From NCBI GenBank assembly GCA_035369845.1, contig DAOOVD010000003.1, positions 2,244 through 66,243 on the forward strand: 64,000 nt of DNA. Reading direction: 5' to 3'. Both the position numbers and the translations under genes were made by a program. Positions 55,460 through 64,000 of this stretch are shown here, piece by piece. This stretch comes from Bacillota bacterium. Its GTDB lineage: Bacteria > Bacillota > Desulfotomaculia > Desulfotomaculales > Pelotomaculaceae. Numbering within the stretch: the first letter of the stretch is position 1; each line of letters starts with the position of its first letter. The notes under the pieces are model-generated. The model was not told the origin of the DNA. It did not search any database and was given only the letters and a program-made list of their open reading frames with translations.

Positions 55460-55642
55460 GATTCATCTTCTATACAAAGTATAATTTTATACTAAGTTAA
55501 TAATTGGACTTAGTTCATTTTAGCAGAAAAAATCCGGATTGACAAGAATCTTATGAAAACAAAGGAAAAGAACAGGGAAAATCCTGCTCTTCATTTTAAT
55601 TTTTATTCCACAGTTGCTGCTTTTACCGGCAACCCAAAACAG

Positions 55643-56521
55643 TCACTTCCCGTCGAGAAGGTCGCCCACCGGCGCATCTACGCCCCTGGCAAGCAGGGCG
55701 TCGATAATCTGGACCTCGCTGACCACACCACGGTACTGCCATTTCTCGTCAAGCAGCAGAACCAGGTGAAAACGCTTTGGGACAAAGCTCCTGATGACGT
55801 CGCCAAGCCTGACGGTGTCGAGTGAAACGACAGGCTCGCCCGGCAGGACGCCGGCGGCTGCGAGCTCTTCTTTTTTTTGCGCCAGGTGCCTGATAAAATG
55901 GTAGGGCGCCAGTCCCTTTTCCCTGGTCGCGGCATAAAAGAGAAACAGTCCGGTAATGATTATGTCCAAACCGAACACTCCGGCGGCCAGCCCGGCCGTT
56001 CCCCCCAGCACAACGGCTACGCCCCAGAGCTGACCCCACCAGGCCGCCCGGTAAGTAGCCCGTTTAAAACCGACGCGCCTTGCCAGGTAGGAGCGAAAAA
56101 TCCTGCCGCCGTCCAGAGGAAGCGCCGGCAGAAGATTAAAGGCGGCCATCATCAGGTTGCACTGCAGAAAAAAAAGACCCGGATTGCCGAACCGCACGCC
56201 GTAATTCTCCAGAGCGGTCGCCAGCCCTGCCAGAAGCAGGTTGACGGCGGGGCCGGCGGCGGCCACCAGCACTTCCCTGGACGGGTCAAGCACCACCTCT
56301 CCGCTTATGCGGCTGACGCCCCCGAAGGGAAGGAGTTCGACGTCCGACACGTGTATGCCGAAGCGGCGTGCCGCAGCAACGTGGGCCATTTCATGCAGAA
56401 GCACCACCGCAAATGCAATCAGCCCTTTCCCCAGTACGCCGGCCACAAAAAACAGCCCGAGCAGGGCCAAAAACGCGTTGTTCACATGTATCTCCACGCC
56501 TGCAATACGGCCCACTTTCAA
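55643..56521 (-). CDS. spoIVFB: Site-2 (M50) intramembrane metalloprotease with CBS domain, SpoIVFB-like
   Basis: LLHEMAHV (HExxH), NLLPALPLDGG, and a C-terminal CBS-like region. It lies downstream of the M23 gene, as in the B. subtilis spoIVF operon. Confidence 0.75.
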   Translation of the reverse strand: MKVGRIAGVEIHVNNAFLALLGLFFVAGVLGKGLIAFAVVLLHEMAHVAAARRFGIHVSDVELLPFGGVSRISGEVVLDPSREVLVAAAGPAVNLLLAGLATALENYGVRFGNPGLFFLQCNLMMAAFNLLPALPLDGGRIFRSYLARRVGFKRATYRAAWWGQLWGVAVVLGGTAGLAAGVFGLDIIITGLFLFYAATREKGLAPYHFIRHLAQKKEELAAAGVLPGEPVVSLDTVRLGDVIRSFVPKRFHLVLLLDEKWQYRGVVSEVQIIDALLARGVDAPVGDLLDGK

Positions 56522-56641
56522 CTTAACCGCCCCCCAGCCTCACTTCGAAAAGATGTTACTCCCAAAAACCTGCCGCCGATTCTTATCACACCCGGAAAAA
56601 GAAGGCTGCAGGCCGCAAACCGCAACAAAATGCCGTGACGG

Positions 56642-57388
56642 TCAATTGTTCATCTGCAGCCGCGTGAGCGGATCCACCAGCTTGTTGTTTTCTCTTATTT
56701 CAAAATGAAGACCCCCTCCGGCAATATCCCCGGCATTACCCACCTCGCCAATAACCTGACCGGCCGGGAGAGTTTGTCCTTCGCTGATTGCGACTCTGGA
56801 AAGCCCACCGTAGAGGGTGAAATTACCCTCGGAGTGCTCCAGCAAAACGTACCTTCCCAAAACGGGGCTTTCGCCCGTTTTTTTCACCTTGCCGTCCTTC
56901 ACCGCCTTTACGGGGCTTCCGACGGGAGCGGCGATGTCGACACCACAATGAAACCTCTCCATGTTGTCAATCGGGTCCACTACCATTCCAAACCCCCGGA
57001 CCACCTTTCCCGAGACGGGAACGGGCAGACCGCCGGGGGTTTTATTATTGTCGAAACCGGTTATCACCGGCTGGGGACTGCTGAAGAAAGGCCACTCCAT
57101 ATCGGCTATCTGCAGGCTGAACTGGACGATTCTTTCAAATACCGGCTGGTAGTTCCATTCAGTGGTCAAAACATACTTCAATTTTTCCCGGGCCTGCACC
57201 CCCCAGGGATTGCCGGCGTTCTTGAGAGCCAGGGCAAACATTATGATCAGTAGGGCCACGCCGATTCTGAGAATGGTCTGCCGCCTCCCGCCGTCGGGCT
57301 TAGGCTTTCTCCATTGCGGCTGCCGGTAGTTTGCAAACCGGTCGTCTGTTTTCAACGGCCCTCCCGGTTTGAAATCCGTTCCTTTCAA
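56642..57388 (-). CDS. spoIVFA: M23/LytM-domain protein, SpoIVFA-like
   Basis: HCGVDIAAPVGSPVKAV..GRYVLLEHSEGNFTLYGGL..GLHFEIREN, plus one N-terminal TM segment. Position also supports the call. Confidence 0.6.
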   Translation of the reverse strand: MKGTDFKPGGPLKTDDRFANYRQPQWRKPKPDGGRRQTILRIGVALLIIMFALALKNAGNPWGVQAREKLKYVLTTEWNYQPVFERIVQFSLQIADMEWPFFSSPQPVITGFDNNKTPGGLPVPVSGKVVRGFGMVVDPIDNMERFHCGVDIAAPVGSPVKAVKDGKVKKTGESPVLGRYVLLEHSEGNFTLYGGLSRVAISEGQTLPAGQVIGEVGNAGDIAGGGLHFEIRENNKLVDPLTRLQMNN

Positions 57389-57457
57389 ATCAATCCCCCC
57401 AAAAAGATAGCCTGTCTAATAGAATATATTTTCCTTTAAAAGGAAATATACCGGCTG

Positions 57458-57495
57458 AAAAGAATAAATGCGACAGGGGAAACCCCCTGTCGCAT
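57458..57495 (-). terminator. Intrinsic terminator hairpin with U-rich tail (the distal copy of a duplicated hairpin downstream of rodA)
   Basis: Minus strand reads ATGCGACAGGGG-GTTT-CCCCTGTCGCAT followed by TTATTCTTTT. Confidence 0.55.
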
Positions 57496-57754
57496 GATTG
57501 TAGACAAACCCAAACAATACAAAGCGCATGGTGTTGAAACAAGCTGCTCCGTTACGGAGCGTCGTCAGTAAACTAAGCGAAGCTGAGGATGCGAAATTGG
57601 ATGAGCGGACTGGATGTCCGCGAAAGCCTGAACCGAACCAGGACGGTGAGTTGAAGGCGGTCCAATTTCGCCCGTAGCAAGCTGACAGTTTACTAGACGC
57701 GGAGTAGAGGAGCCAAGCGGTTTCAACACCATGAACGACTTTGTCAACAACCAG
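57496..57754. repeat. MITE-like fold-back element, copy 2 (259 bp), inverted relative to copy 1
   Basis: The right end reverse-complements to ggttgttgacaaagtcgttcatggtgttgaaac, and the left end is gattgtagacaaacc..catggtgttgaaac. There are internal paired arms (gcgaaattgga/tccaatttcgc, cagtaaact/agtttactag). The core is homologous to copy 1. Confidence 0.65.
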
Positions 57755-57782
57755 ATGCGACAGGGGAAAACCCCTGCCGCAT
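57755..57782. repeat. Second copy of the rodA-downstream hairpin (no U-tract)
   Basis: atgcgacagggg-aaaa-cccctgccgcat is nearly identical to 57468-57495. Confidence 0.8.
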
Positions 57783-57851
57783 TATGATAGATAAACGTTA
57801 CGTCACTGTCACATTACCGCAGTTGGAAGCCCGGAGTGCCGCTCCGGAGAT

Positions 57852-59012
57852 TTAAAATAAGATTTTCTGACGCCTGACGTTAATATTGAGCAGCAGCCCG
57901 AGAGCGGCCAGGTTGGCTATCATGCTGCTGCCTCCGTAACTGAACATGGGCAGCGGTATGCCTGTCACCGGCATAATCCCCATTGTCATTCCCACGTTGA
58001 CCAGAATGTGAAACGTAATCATCGCAACAACACCGGCAGACACCAGGTAGCCGAAATGGTCTTTTGCATTAATGGCGATGAAGATGCAGCGGTATATCAG
58101 AACGAAATAGAGAAACAGCAGCAGAGCCGCCCCGATGAAGCCCCATTCCTCCCCGACGACTGAAAAGATAAAGTCGGTCTCCTGAATGGGAAGGAAGTCG
58201 CCGTGCGTCTGGCTGCCCTGGAACAAACCGCGCCCGAAGAACCCGCCCTGGCCGATGGCAATCTGCGACTGGATTATGTGATAACCGTCTCCGTGCCAGT
58301 CCTTCCAGGGGTTGATAAAGGTTATCAAACGCTTTAGCTGGTAGTCTTTTAAAGGAATCCAGAGATTGAAAGCAGTGTGTGCCTTAAACCAGAAGTGGGC
58401 CCAAACCCACAGCGAAGCCAGGGAGAGGCCGCCGGAAATCAACCCGGCCAGCAGCGCAGGCCGCGCTCCCGCGGCAAACAACATTCCGAACATGATCGCC
58501 ATAAAAACGAGCGACGTTCCCAAATCGGGCTGTTTTAACACAAAAATGGTGGGCACGCCGATAAATGCAAAAGCGGGGAGCAGATCTCTCAGCCGTTTCA
58601 GTTTCCCTTCCCGTTTAGTCAGGAAGGCGGCGAAGCAAATGATGGTAATTATTTTGGAAAACTCGGAGGGCTGAAACCTGAAGAAACCTATGCCGATCCA
58701 GCGCGTAGCCCCCAGGGCGGACTGGCCCATGAAAATAACTGCCGCCAGCATGACCAGGTTTAGAATATACAGGAGCTTCATATGCTTGGCCAGGTCTTCG
58801 TATTGAATGAAGAGCATAAATACCATGACGCACAGGCCCAGCAGAATATTGATCACCTGTTTTTCAACGTGATAAAGCTGGTTGCCGTACTCTATCAAAT
58901 CGGACTCCCTGGTGGCGCTGTAGATGACAATGATGCTGAACAGGATTATCATCGCCACCGTCAACAGCAGGGTATGGTCCAGCTTTCTTAAAACTCTGCT
59001 TTGCCTGAACAA
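57852..59012 (-). CDS. rodA: SEDS-family peptidoglycan polymerase RodA
   Basis: 386-aa polytopic protein with DFIFSVVGEEWGFIG and PLPMFSYGGSS. TTG start. Its position after minE is as expected. Confidence 0.85.
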   Translation of the reverse strand: MFRQSRVLRKLDHTLLLTVAMIILFSIIVIYSATRESDLIEYGNQLYHVEKQVINILLGLCVMVFMLFIQYEDLAKHMKLLYILNLVMLAAVIFMGQSALGATRWIGIGFFRFQPSEFSKIITIICFAAFLTKREGKLKRLRDLLPAFAFIGVPTIFVLKQPDLGTSLVFMAIMFGMLFAAGARPALLAGLISGGLSLASLWVWAHFWFKAHTAFNLWIPLKDYQLKRLITFINPWKDWHGDGYHIIQSQIAIGQGGFFGRGLFQGSQTHGDFLPIQETDFIFSVVGEEWGFIGAALLLFLYFVLIYRCIFIAINAKDHFGYLVSAGVVAMITFHILVNVGMTMGIMPVTGIPLPMFSYGGSSMIANLAALGLLLNINVRRQKILF

Positions 59013-59063
59013 TATCGCTCGCTTCCTTTAAGCCTCAGGGGCCCGGACAGTTTGTCAACAGCC
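59011..59063. repeat. Solo copy of the MITE end sequence, forming the rodA 5' UTR/RBS
   Basis: aatatcgctcgcttcctttaagcctcaggggcccggacagtttgtcaacagcc compared with 38484-38535 aatatcgctcgcttccttcaaccccaaggtcccgaacagtttgtcggcagtc. Confidence 0.7.
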
Positions 59064-59250
59064 TGACGTTATAATTATATTATAACTGATTGACAAAAAC
59101 AAATTTAAAACCCTGGTATTACCGGCTTCAAAGCTTGCCGGAGCAGTCCCTTTCGCCGACGAAGCGAATAAAAAAGCCCGCTTTGGAGTTAACGGGCCCG
59201 TACAAGTTATCCGACCTGTTGCCTTTAAAAAATTCTTCAGTATTATTTTC

Positions 59251-59520
59251 CTACGCACCCGCGACCCGCTTCATCCCTTTGACCGGAATGTTCGCCACAA
59301 GCGCCACCGTATTGCCTTTCGAGTCCAGGCTTACCTCCAGGGCTTTTTCGTCGATGTCCATATAGTTGGAAATGACCTTTATCAGGTCTATCTTAAGGGT
59401 CTCGAGCAATTGAGGCGAAATGCTGGTCCTGTCATGCACCAGAACCAGGCGCAGTCTCTCTTTGGCGATATTCTTGCTTCCGCTGTCCCTGCCGAAAAGC
59501 TTCGACAAAAATTCGAGCAC
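59251..59520 (-). CDS. minE: Cell division topological specificity factor MinE
   Basis: MLEFLSKLFGRDSGSKNIAKERLRLVLVHDR. Confidence 0.9.
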   Translation of the reverse strand: MLEFLSKLFGRDSGSKNIAKERLRLVLVHDRTSISPQLLETLKIDLIKVISNYMDIDEKALEVSLDSKGNTVALVANIPVKGMKRVAGA

Positions 59521-59542
59521 AGCCGTTTTCCCCCTTCGCCGG

Positions 59543-60343
59543 TTACTTCAGGCCAATAATTTTCTTGAACCTTTTAAAAAAGCCGCCTTCGTCTTCCAGG
59601 TTCATCATCGGAACATCCTCGTTCAAGATCCGCCTGGTAATGTTGCGGTAGGCCTGCCCCGATTTGGAATTCTGGTCGAGCACCACCGCTTCGCCCCGGT
59701 TGGTCGTAATGACAATCATTTCATCCTCGGGTATTACCCCCAGCAGGTCCACGGCAAGAATGTCGATGATATCTTCTATGCTCATCATATCCCCCTGCCT
59801 GACCATCCTGGGGCGAATGCGGTTGATGATCAATTTCGGTTCCCGCAGTTCGGCCGCTTCCAGCAAGCCGATTATCCTGTCCGCGTCACGCACGGCGGAA
59901 ACTTCCGGGGTGGTCACCACCACTGCTTTTTCCGCCCCCGCTATGGCGTTCCTGAAACCCTGCTCTATCCCGGCGGGACAGTCGATGATGACGAATTCAA
60001 ACTCTTTTTTCAGTTCCTCGCACAGGTCGCGCATCTGGTCCGGACTGACCGCCGTTTTATCCTTCGTTTGCGCCGCGGGGAGCAGGTGCAGCCCGTCCAG
60101 CCGTTTATCCTTAATCAAAGCCTGCCTCAGGCGGCAGTTCCCGCTGGTAACGTCAACTATGTCATAGACGATTCTATTCTCCAAACCGAGGACGACATCC
60201 AGGTTCCTCAAACCTATATCGGCGTCGACCAAAACCACCTTATACCCCTTAGCCGCCAGGCCTGTACCGATATTTGCGGTTGTGGTGGTTTTCCCGACCC
60301 CTCCTTTACCGGAAGTCACTACAATTACTTCACTCATCACCAA
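59543..60343 (-). CDS. minD: Septum site-determining ATPase MinD
   Basis: VIVVTSGKGGVGKTTTTANIG deviant Walker A, and a C-terminal amphipathic tail GFFKRFKKIIGLK. Confidence 0.95.
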   Translation of the reverse strand: MVMSEVIVVTSGKGGVGKTTTTANIGTGLAAKGYKVVLVDADIGLRNLDVVLGLENRIVYDIVDVTSGNCRLRQALIKDKRLDGLHLLPAAQTKDKTAVSPDQMRDLCEELKKEFEFVIIDCPAGIEQGFRNAIAGAEKAVVVTTPEVSAVRDADRIIGLLEAAELREPKLIINRIRPRMVRQGDMMSIEDIIDILAVDLLGVIPEDEMIVITTNRGEAVVLDQNSKSGQAYRNITRRILNEDVPMMNLEDEGGFFKRFKKIIGLK

Positions 60344-60422
60344 ATTTCCTCCTCTTGTAAAGTCAACGAAAGCCGCTCACCGGATAAGTGACTCCATGCG
60401 AAAACAGCGGGAAGTGATAAGC

Positions 60423-60860
60423 CTACCTTCCCTGACGCTCGCCGCCGGCTTGAAAAGCCTCGATTGTAACCACGCCGTCTTTAATCCGTGCCATCTCGGG
60501 GAGATCGGCATCCACTTCTTCGTTGTCCGGCGGCCTGGTAATATGGTTGGCAATCCTCAACTGAGTCGGCCTCAACCTGAAGGCCAGCACCACCGCGTTT
60601 TCGTCGCCGCCGGCTCCGGCGTGCACCAGGCCTCTAAGAGCCCCCATAACAATAACATTCCCGGATGCCGTCACCTCAGCCCCAGGATTCACGTCCCCCA
60701 GAACAACAACGTTTCCGTTATAACGAATGCTCTGGCCCGATCTCAGAGTGCGCTGGACCAGAATCGTATTTTCATCAACCAGTCCGTCCTGATCCGGCGG
60801 GCTGCCCTGAACGTACCCGGAAACGGAATTACCCTGAATACCCCTCCTGGAATAATCCAA
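60423..60860 (-). CDS. minC: MinC, unusually short (C-terminal beta-helix domain only)
   Basis: RSGQSIRYNGNVVVLGDVNPGAEVTASGNVIVMGALRGLVHAG is the MinC C-domain repeat. TTG 60860 lies after AGGAGGAG. A terminator sits 73 nt upstream. Confidence 0.8.
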   Translation of the reverse strand: MDYSRRGIQGNSVSGYVQGSPPDQDGLVDENTILVQRTLRSGQSIRYNGNVVVLGDVNPGAEVTASGNVIVMGALRGLVHAGAGGDENAVVLAFRLRPTQLRIANHITRPPDNEEVDADLPEMARIKDGVVTIEAFQAGGERQGR

Positions 60861-60932
60861 AACTATCTCCTCCTGTACCGGGACTACCAGTTAATTCTAC
60901 AAGCGCCAACCAAATCCTGCTAAAAAAATAAC

Positions 60933-60957
60933 AAAAAAAAGGGCGAACAACGCCCCC
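60933..60957 (-). terminator. Intrinsic terminator after pbp2
   Basis: Minus strand reads GGGCG-TTGTT-CGCCC followed by TTTTTTTT. Confidence 0.75.
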
Positions 60958-60998
60958 TGCAGTCGCGGCACAGAGCTGGTTTCAAGCCGCCGGCCGCC

Positions 60999-62960
60999 TT
61001 ATTCAGGGCTGTACACGTATTTCTCGCCCGGCGCCGGTAGCCTGAAATAAGCCGCCAGCATGTCCTCGACCACCGGACCGGCTACAGTCCCCCCGTGGCC
61101 GCCGAATTCCACTATCGCGGCTACCGCTATTTCCGGGTTGTCGTAAGGCGCGAAGGCAACAAACAGGCCGTGGGTGCTGTCGTGTCCGTACACCTCCGCC
61201 GAGCCGGTCTTTGCCGCCACCGGAGGGAATCCCGCAAAATAACCGTAGGCGGTTCCGTCCGGGGGCAAGGTCACTTCGCGCATGCCCTGCCTCACTGCGG
61301 CAAGGGTTTTGAGTGAAACACCGGCGCGGCCCAGCACGACAGGCGAGTTTTCTTTGATTATCCTGCCGTCCGGGGAGACGACCTTCTGCACCAGATACGG
61401 CTTGTAGCGGGTTCCCCCGTTGGCAATGGCGGCGACATAGCCGGCCAGTTCAAGGGGGGAATAGCGGTTGTCTCCCTGACCGATTGACGAGATAATGGTG
61501 TCGTAGTCGTGCCAGTCCAGTTCCCAGTCAATGGCCCGCAATTCTTCCGACCTGTCCCTCATCAAAGCCTTCCGCCGGGCGTCGTCGACGGTCCCGGATA
61601 GCAGTTCGTTGTATTTTTTTACTATTTCCTGAGCCTTTTTCCTCGACTCGGCACTCAGGTAATAAAGCCTCTGCTGAACCTTGGCATCCGGACCGGGCAC
61701 CACGCCGCTTTCCTCCCCGGGCAGTTCAATCCCGGTTTTCTCACCCAGGCCGAATTCCTTCGCAATTCTCGCGATTTGCTCAATACCCACATTCAGTCCC
61801 AGTTGGTAGAAAAAGGTGTCGCAGGAAACCTTTATGGCTCTGATCAGGTCCACCCGTCCGTGTCCGCCCGGCTGCCAGTCGTTGAACGTCCTGTCCCAGA
61901 AGAAGTAACCCGGGTCCGAAATGGCGTCCTGCAAGCCGATTTTGCCCGACTCCAGCGCGGCCATCGCCACGATCATTTTAAACGTGGACCCGGGAGCGTA
62001 GGGGAGCAGCGCCCTGTTCAGCAGTGGTTTCGACGGGTTGTTGAAGATCTCTTCAAAGTCTTTTTGCGTCAATATTCCGGACAGCTTGACCGGATCATAG
62101 GAGGGATAGCTGGCCATGGCCAGAACGGCCCCCGTCCTCACGTCCAGCGCCACCGCCGCTCCCGCTCCGGCTTCCCTGTGCCCCTGCTTCACAGCCTCCC
62201 TGGTCACTCTCGCCAGAGCTTCCTCGGCCGCCTTCTGTACTTTGTAATCGATGGTCAGCACGAGATTGTTGCCCGGTACGGGATCTTTTACACCCAGGTC
62301 ACGCACCGGCCTGGCCATGGAATCGACCTCCACCTGCCTCCCGCCGTCCTGGCCCCGCAGGTATTCCTCGCAGGTGTTCTCAAGGCCGGATTGCCCGTAG
62401 GAGTCGCCTGGCTTGTAGCCCTTGTCCTTGTTGGCGTTGTACTGTTCCTCGTTTATCTGCCTCACGTAGCCCATCACCTGGGCAAGCAGGTTCCCGTTGG
62501 GGTATTCCCGCACCGGCTCGATATCGATTATAACGCCGGGCAGGTCGAGACGATTTTCCTCTATCCTGGTCACTACTTCGGGCGATACCCTGGTGGCAAT
62601 TTTTACAGGTTCATACAGCATCTTTTGCTGTTTTATCTTGTCCTGTATTTCACGCGGGTCGACGCCCAGAATGCCGGCCAGCTTCCGGACAACCTCCTCC
62701 TTGTCCGCGCGGTCCAGGTTGACCAGTGAAACGGTGTAAACCGGCTGGTTGCCTACCAGCTTTATCCCGTTGCGGTCAAACACCTCGCCGCGGGGCGCGG
62801 GGATGGTAATAAGTCTCATCCTGTTTTCTCTGGCAAGAGTGGAAAACTTGTCGTTTTGAATTAACTGCATGTACGCCAGTCTTGCCGCCAGAATCAAAAA
62901 AATGGCGGATACAATGTAAAGGAAAATCTGCATCTTTTTCTCTATGACTCTTCTTTCCAT
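60999..62960 (-). CDS. mrdA: Penicillin-binding protein 2 (elongasome transpeptidase)
   Basis: N-terminal TM segment, STFK (PGSTFKM), SCD (SxN-type) and KTGSAE motifs. Confidence 0.9.
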   Translation of the reverse strand: MERRVIEKKMQIFLYIVSAIFLILAARLAYMQLIQNDKFSTLARENRMRLITIPAPRGEVFDRNGIKLVGNQPVYTVSLVNLDRADKEEVVRKLAGILGVDPREIQDKIKQQKMLYEPVKIATRVSPEVVTRIEENRLDLPGVIIDIEPVREYPNGNLLAQVMGYVRQINEEQYNANKDKGYKPGDSYGQSGLENTCEEYLRGQDGGRQVEVDSMARPVRDLGVKDPVPGNNLVLTIDYKVQKAAEEALARVTREAVKQGHREAGAGAAVALDVRTGAVLAMASYPSYDPVKLSGILTQKDFEEIFNNPSKPLLNRALLPYAPGSTFKMIVAMAALESGKIGLQDAISDPGYFFWDRTFNDWQPGGHGRVDLIRAIKVSCDTFFYQLGLNVGIEQIARIAKEFGLGEKTGIELPGEESGVVPGPDAKVQQRLYYLSAESRKKAQEIVKKYNELLSGTVDDARRKALMRDRSEELRAIDWELDWHDYDTIISSIGQGDNRYSPLELAGYVAAIANGGTRYKPYLVQKVVSPDGRIIKENSPVVLGRAGVSLKTLAAVRQGMREVTLPPDGTAYGYFAGFPPVAAKTGSAEVYGHDSTHGLFVAFAPYDNPEIAVAAIVEFGGHGGTVAGPVVEDMLAAYFRLPAPGEKYVYSPE

Positions 62961-63043
62961 CTTCTACCTCATCTCTACGCCGATAATGGAAAGGAAAGCG
63001 CCCGGGGCCAGTCGCGGCAGGTTGAATTACAGGCAAACAACCG

Positions 63044-63538
63044 TTACAGCAAGTCCTTGCTTCTGATCAGCACGAATCGGGACACGCGCCCGAAGAGCAG
63101 CAGCACCAGCGCCGCGGTATATAACGCTGTCGGGACAATCACCCTCAAGAGGGCGTAAAAAGGGGAAATACCGATGCCGAGATGGAGCAGTAACAGGTAA
63201 TTGAGCAACAGGCCTGCAACGCTGGAGAAAAACGTCACACCGGCGGCAACCAGGATGTTTTCCCTGTACAGGCGGTCCCCCGCAACACCCGCCAGGTAGC
63301 CGGCAGCCATTTTGGAAAGGGCGTTCAGCCCGATATAGCTCCCCGAAAACAAATCCTCGATCAGCCCTCCGGCAAACCCCCAGAAAGCCCCCTCCCTTTT
63401 GCCCAGGAGGAAACCGCTGAAAATCGCCAACAGCATCACCAGGTCCGGTTTGATGTCGAATACGCTGATGAAGTCCAGTACAGTTGCCTGCAAAATTAAA
63501 ACGGCCCCGAACAGGAGCACGAAAATATATACTTGCAC
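63044..63538 (-). CDS. mreD: Rod shape-determining protein MreD
   Basis: 164-aa polytopic membrane protein positioned between mreC and pbp2. Confidence 0.75.
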   Translation of the reverse strand: MQVYIFVLLFGAVLILQATVLDFISVFDIKPDLVMLLAIFSGFLLGKREGAFWGFAGGLIEDLFSGSYIGLNALSKMAAGYLAGVAGDRLYRENILVAAGVTFFSSVAGLLLNYLLLLHLGIGISPFYALLRVIVPTALYTAALVLLLFGRVSRFVLIRSKDLL

Positions 63539-63542
63539 GGTT

Positions 63543-64000
63543 CTACCCCCTCCCCGGCGGTGAACCGGTCTCCGGAAAAACCCTGGTCAGGATCAAAACC
63601 TCCTCCAGCCGGTTCAAGTCTGCCCGGGGGCGAATATCGGCGCTCTTGAACAACCCGGACGGCTCACTGCGCACACCGGCGATTTCACCCACGGGTATGC
63701 CCTTGGGGAAAACGCTGCCAAGCCCGGACGTTACAACGGTTTGTCCCACGTCAACGGGTGCGTCGTTGGGGATATGAATCATCCTGGCCACTCCGGAACT
63801 GCCGGCGGTCCCTTCGACTATTCCCGGCGTGCGGGTGTCCTGGATCACCGAGCCGACCCCGCTGCGCGGGTCTGTAATCAAAAGCACTTCGCAAGTGGAA
63901 TCCGAAACGGACACTACCCGCCCCACCAGTCCTTCCGGGGTCAGCACCGTCATGTTCTCCTTTATCCCGTCACTGGAACCCCTGTTCAAGATCACCGTCC
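63543..64000 (-). CDS. mreC: Rod shape-determining protein MreC (C-terminal part; N-terminus lies outside the window)
   Basis: GLVGRVVSVS.., VVTSGLGSVFPKGIPVGEI. The reading frame is open to the window edge. Confidence 0.8.
   Translation of the reverse strand, partial: TVILNRGSSDGIKENMTVLTPEGLVGRVVSVSDSTCEVLLITDPRSGVGSVIQDTRTPGIVEGTAGSSGVARMIHIPNDAPVDVGQTVVTSGLGSVFPKGIPVGEIAGVRSEPSGLFKSADIRPRADLNRLEEVLILTRVFPETGSPPGRG

Noticed and set aside
57565-57750. 61-aa minus-strand ORF inside the second fold-back element
   Set aside because: It starts at a TTG within the terminal repeat and spans a long imperfect palindrome. The homologous element at 38174-38535 has no equivalent frame.

Overview
This 64-kb window comes from a GC-rich, endospore-forming Firmicute, probably Clostridia or Peptococcaceae-like (inferred from gene content only). 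It has two parts.

(1) Positions 1 to about 22.1 kb are the right-hand part of an integrated mobile element with visibly lower GC. A large serine recombinase bounds it on the right, and it is inserted into comEC: the 5' comEC fragment at 22100-22861 breaks off at the junction. The element carries an XRE/XRE/ImmA switch, an iteron origin with a Rep candidate, DnaB-like and RecD-like helicases, a LexA-DNA-binding-domain-only protein and an HNH nuclease. Its most striking content is a tandemly duplicated cassette (6-10079): ParB/Srx-fold coiled-coil protein, unknown, complete ClpX paralogue, unknown. I cannot place this cassette in any described system. No phage structural genes are in view, and the element continues past position 1.

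(2) Positions 22.1-64 kb are core chromosome, almost all on the minus strand. Synteny is B. subtilis-like: mreCD-pbp2-minCDE-rodA-spoIVFAB ... rng-rplU-rpmA-spo0B-obg-proB-nadD-rsfS. The region also holds leuS, a gerA-type operon, a korDABC 2-oxoacid:ferredoxin oxidoreductase operon, a sigma-54 activator, comEA and hup.

Non-coding highlights:
- A T-box leader (43038-43364) has a complete tRNA-Ala(GGC) gene embedded between Stem I and the antiterminator.
- A MITE-like fold-back repeat family has full copies at 38174-38535 and 57496-57754 and a solo end at 59011-59063. Each full copy sits between duplicated copies of a local terminator hairpin.
- A 0.6-kb ORF-free segment with several inverted repeats lies inside the element.

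All functional calls rest on motifs read by eye from the ORF translations. No database search was run.
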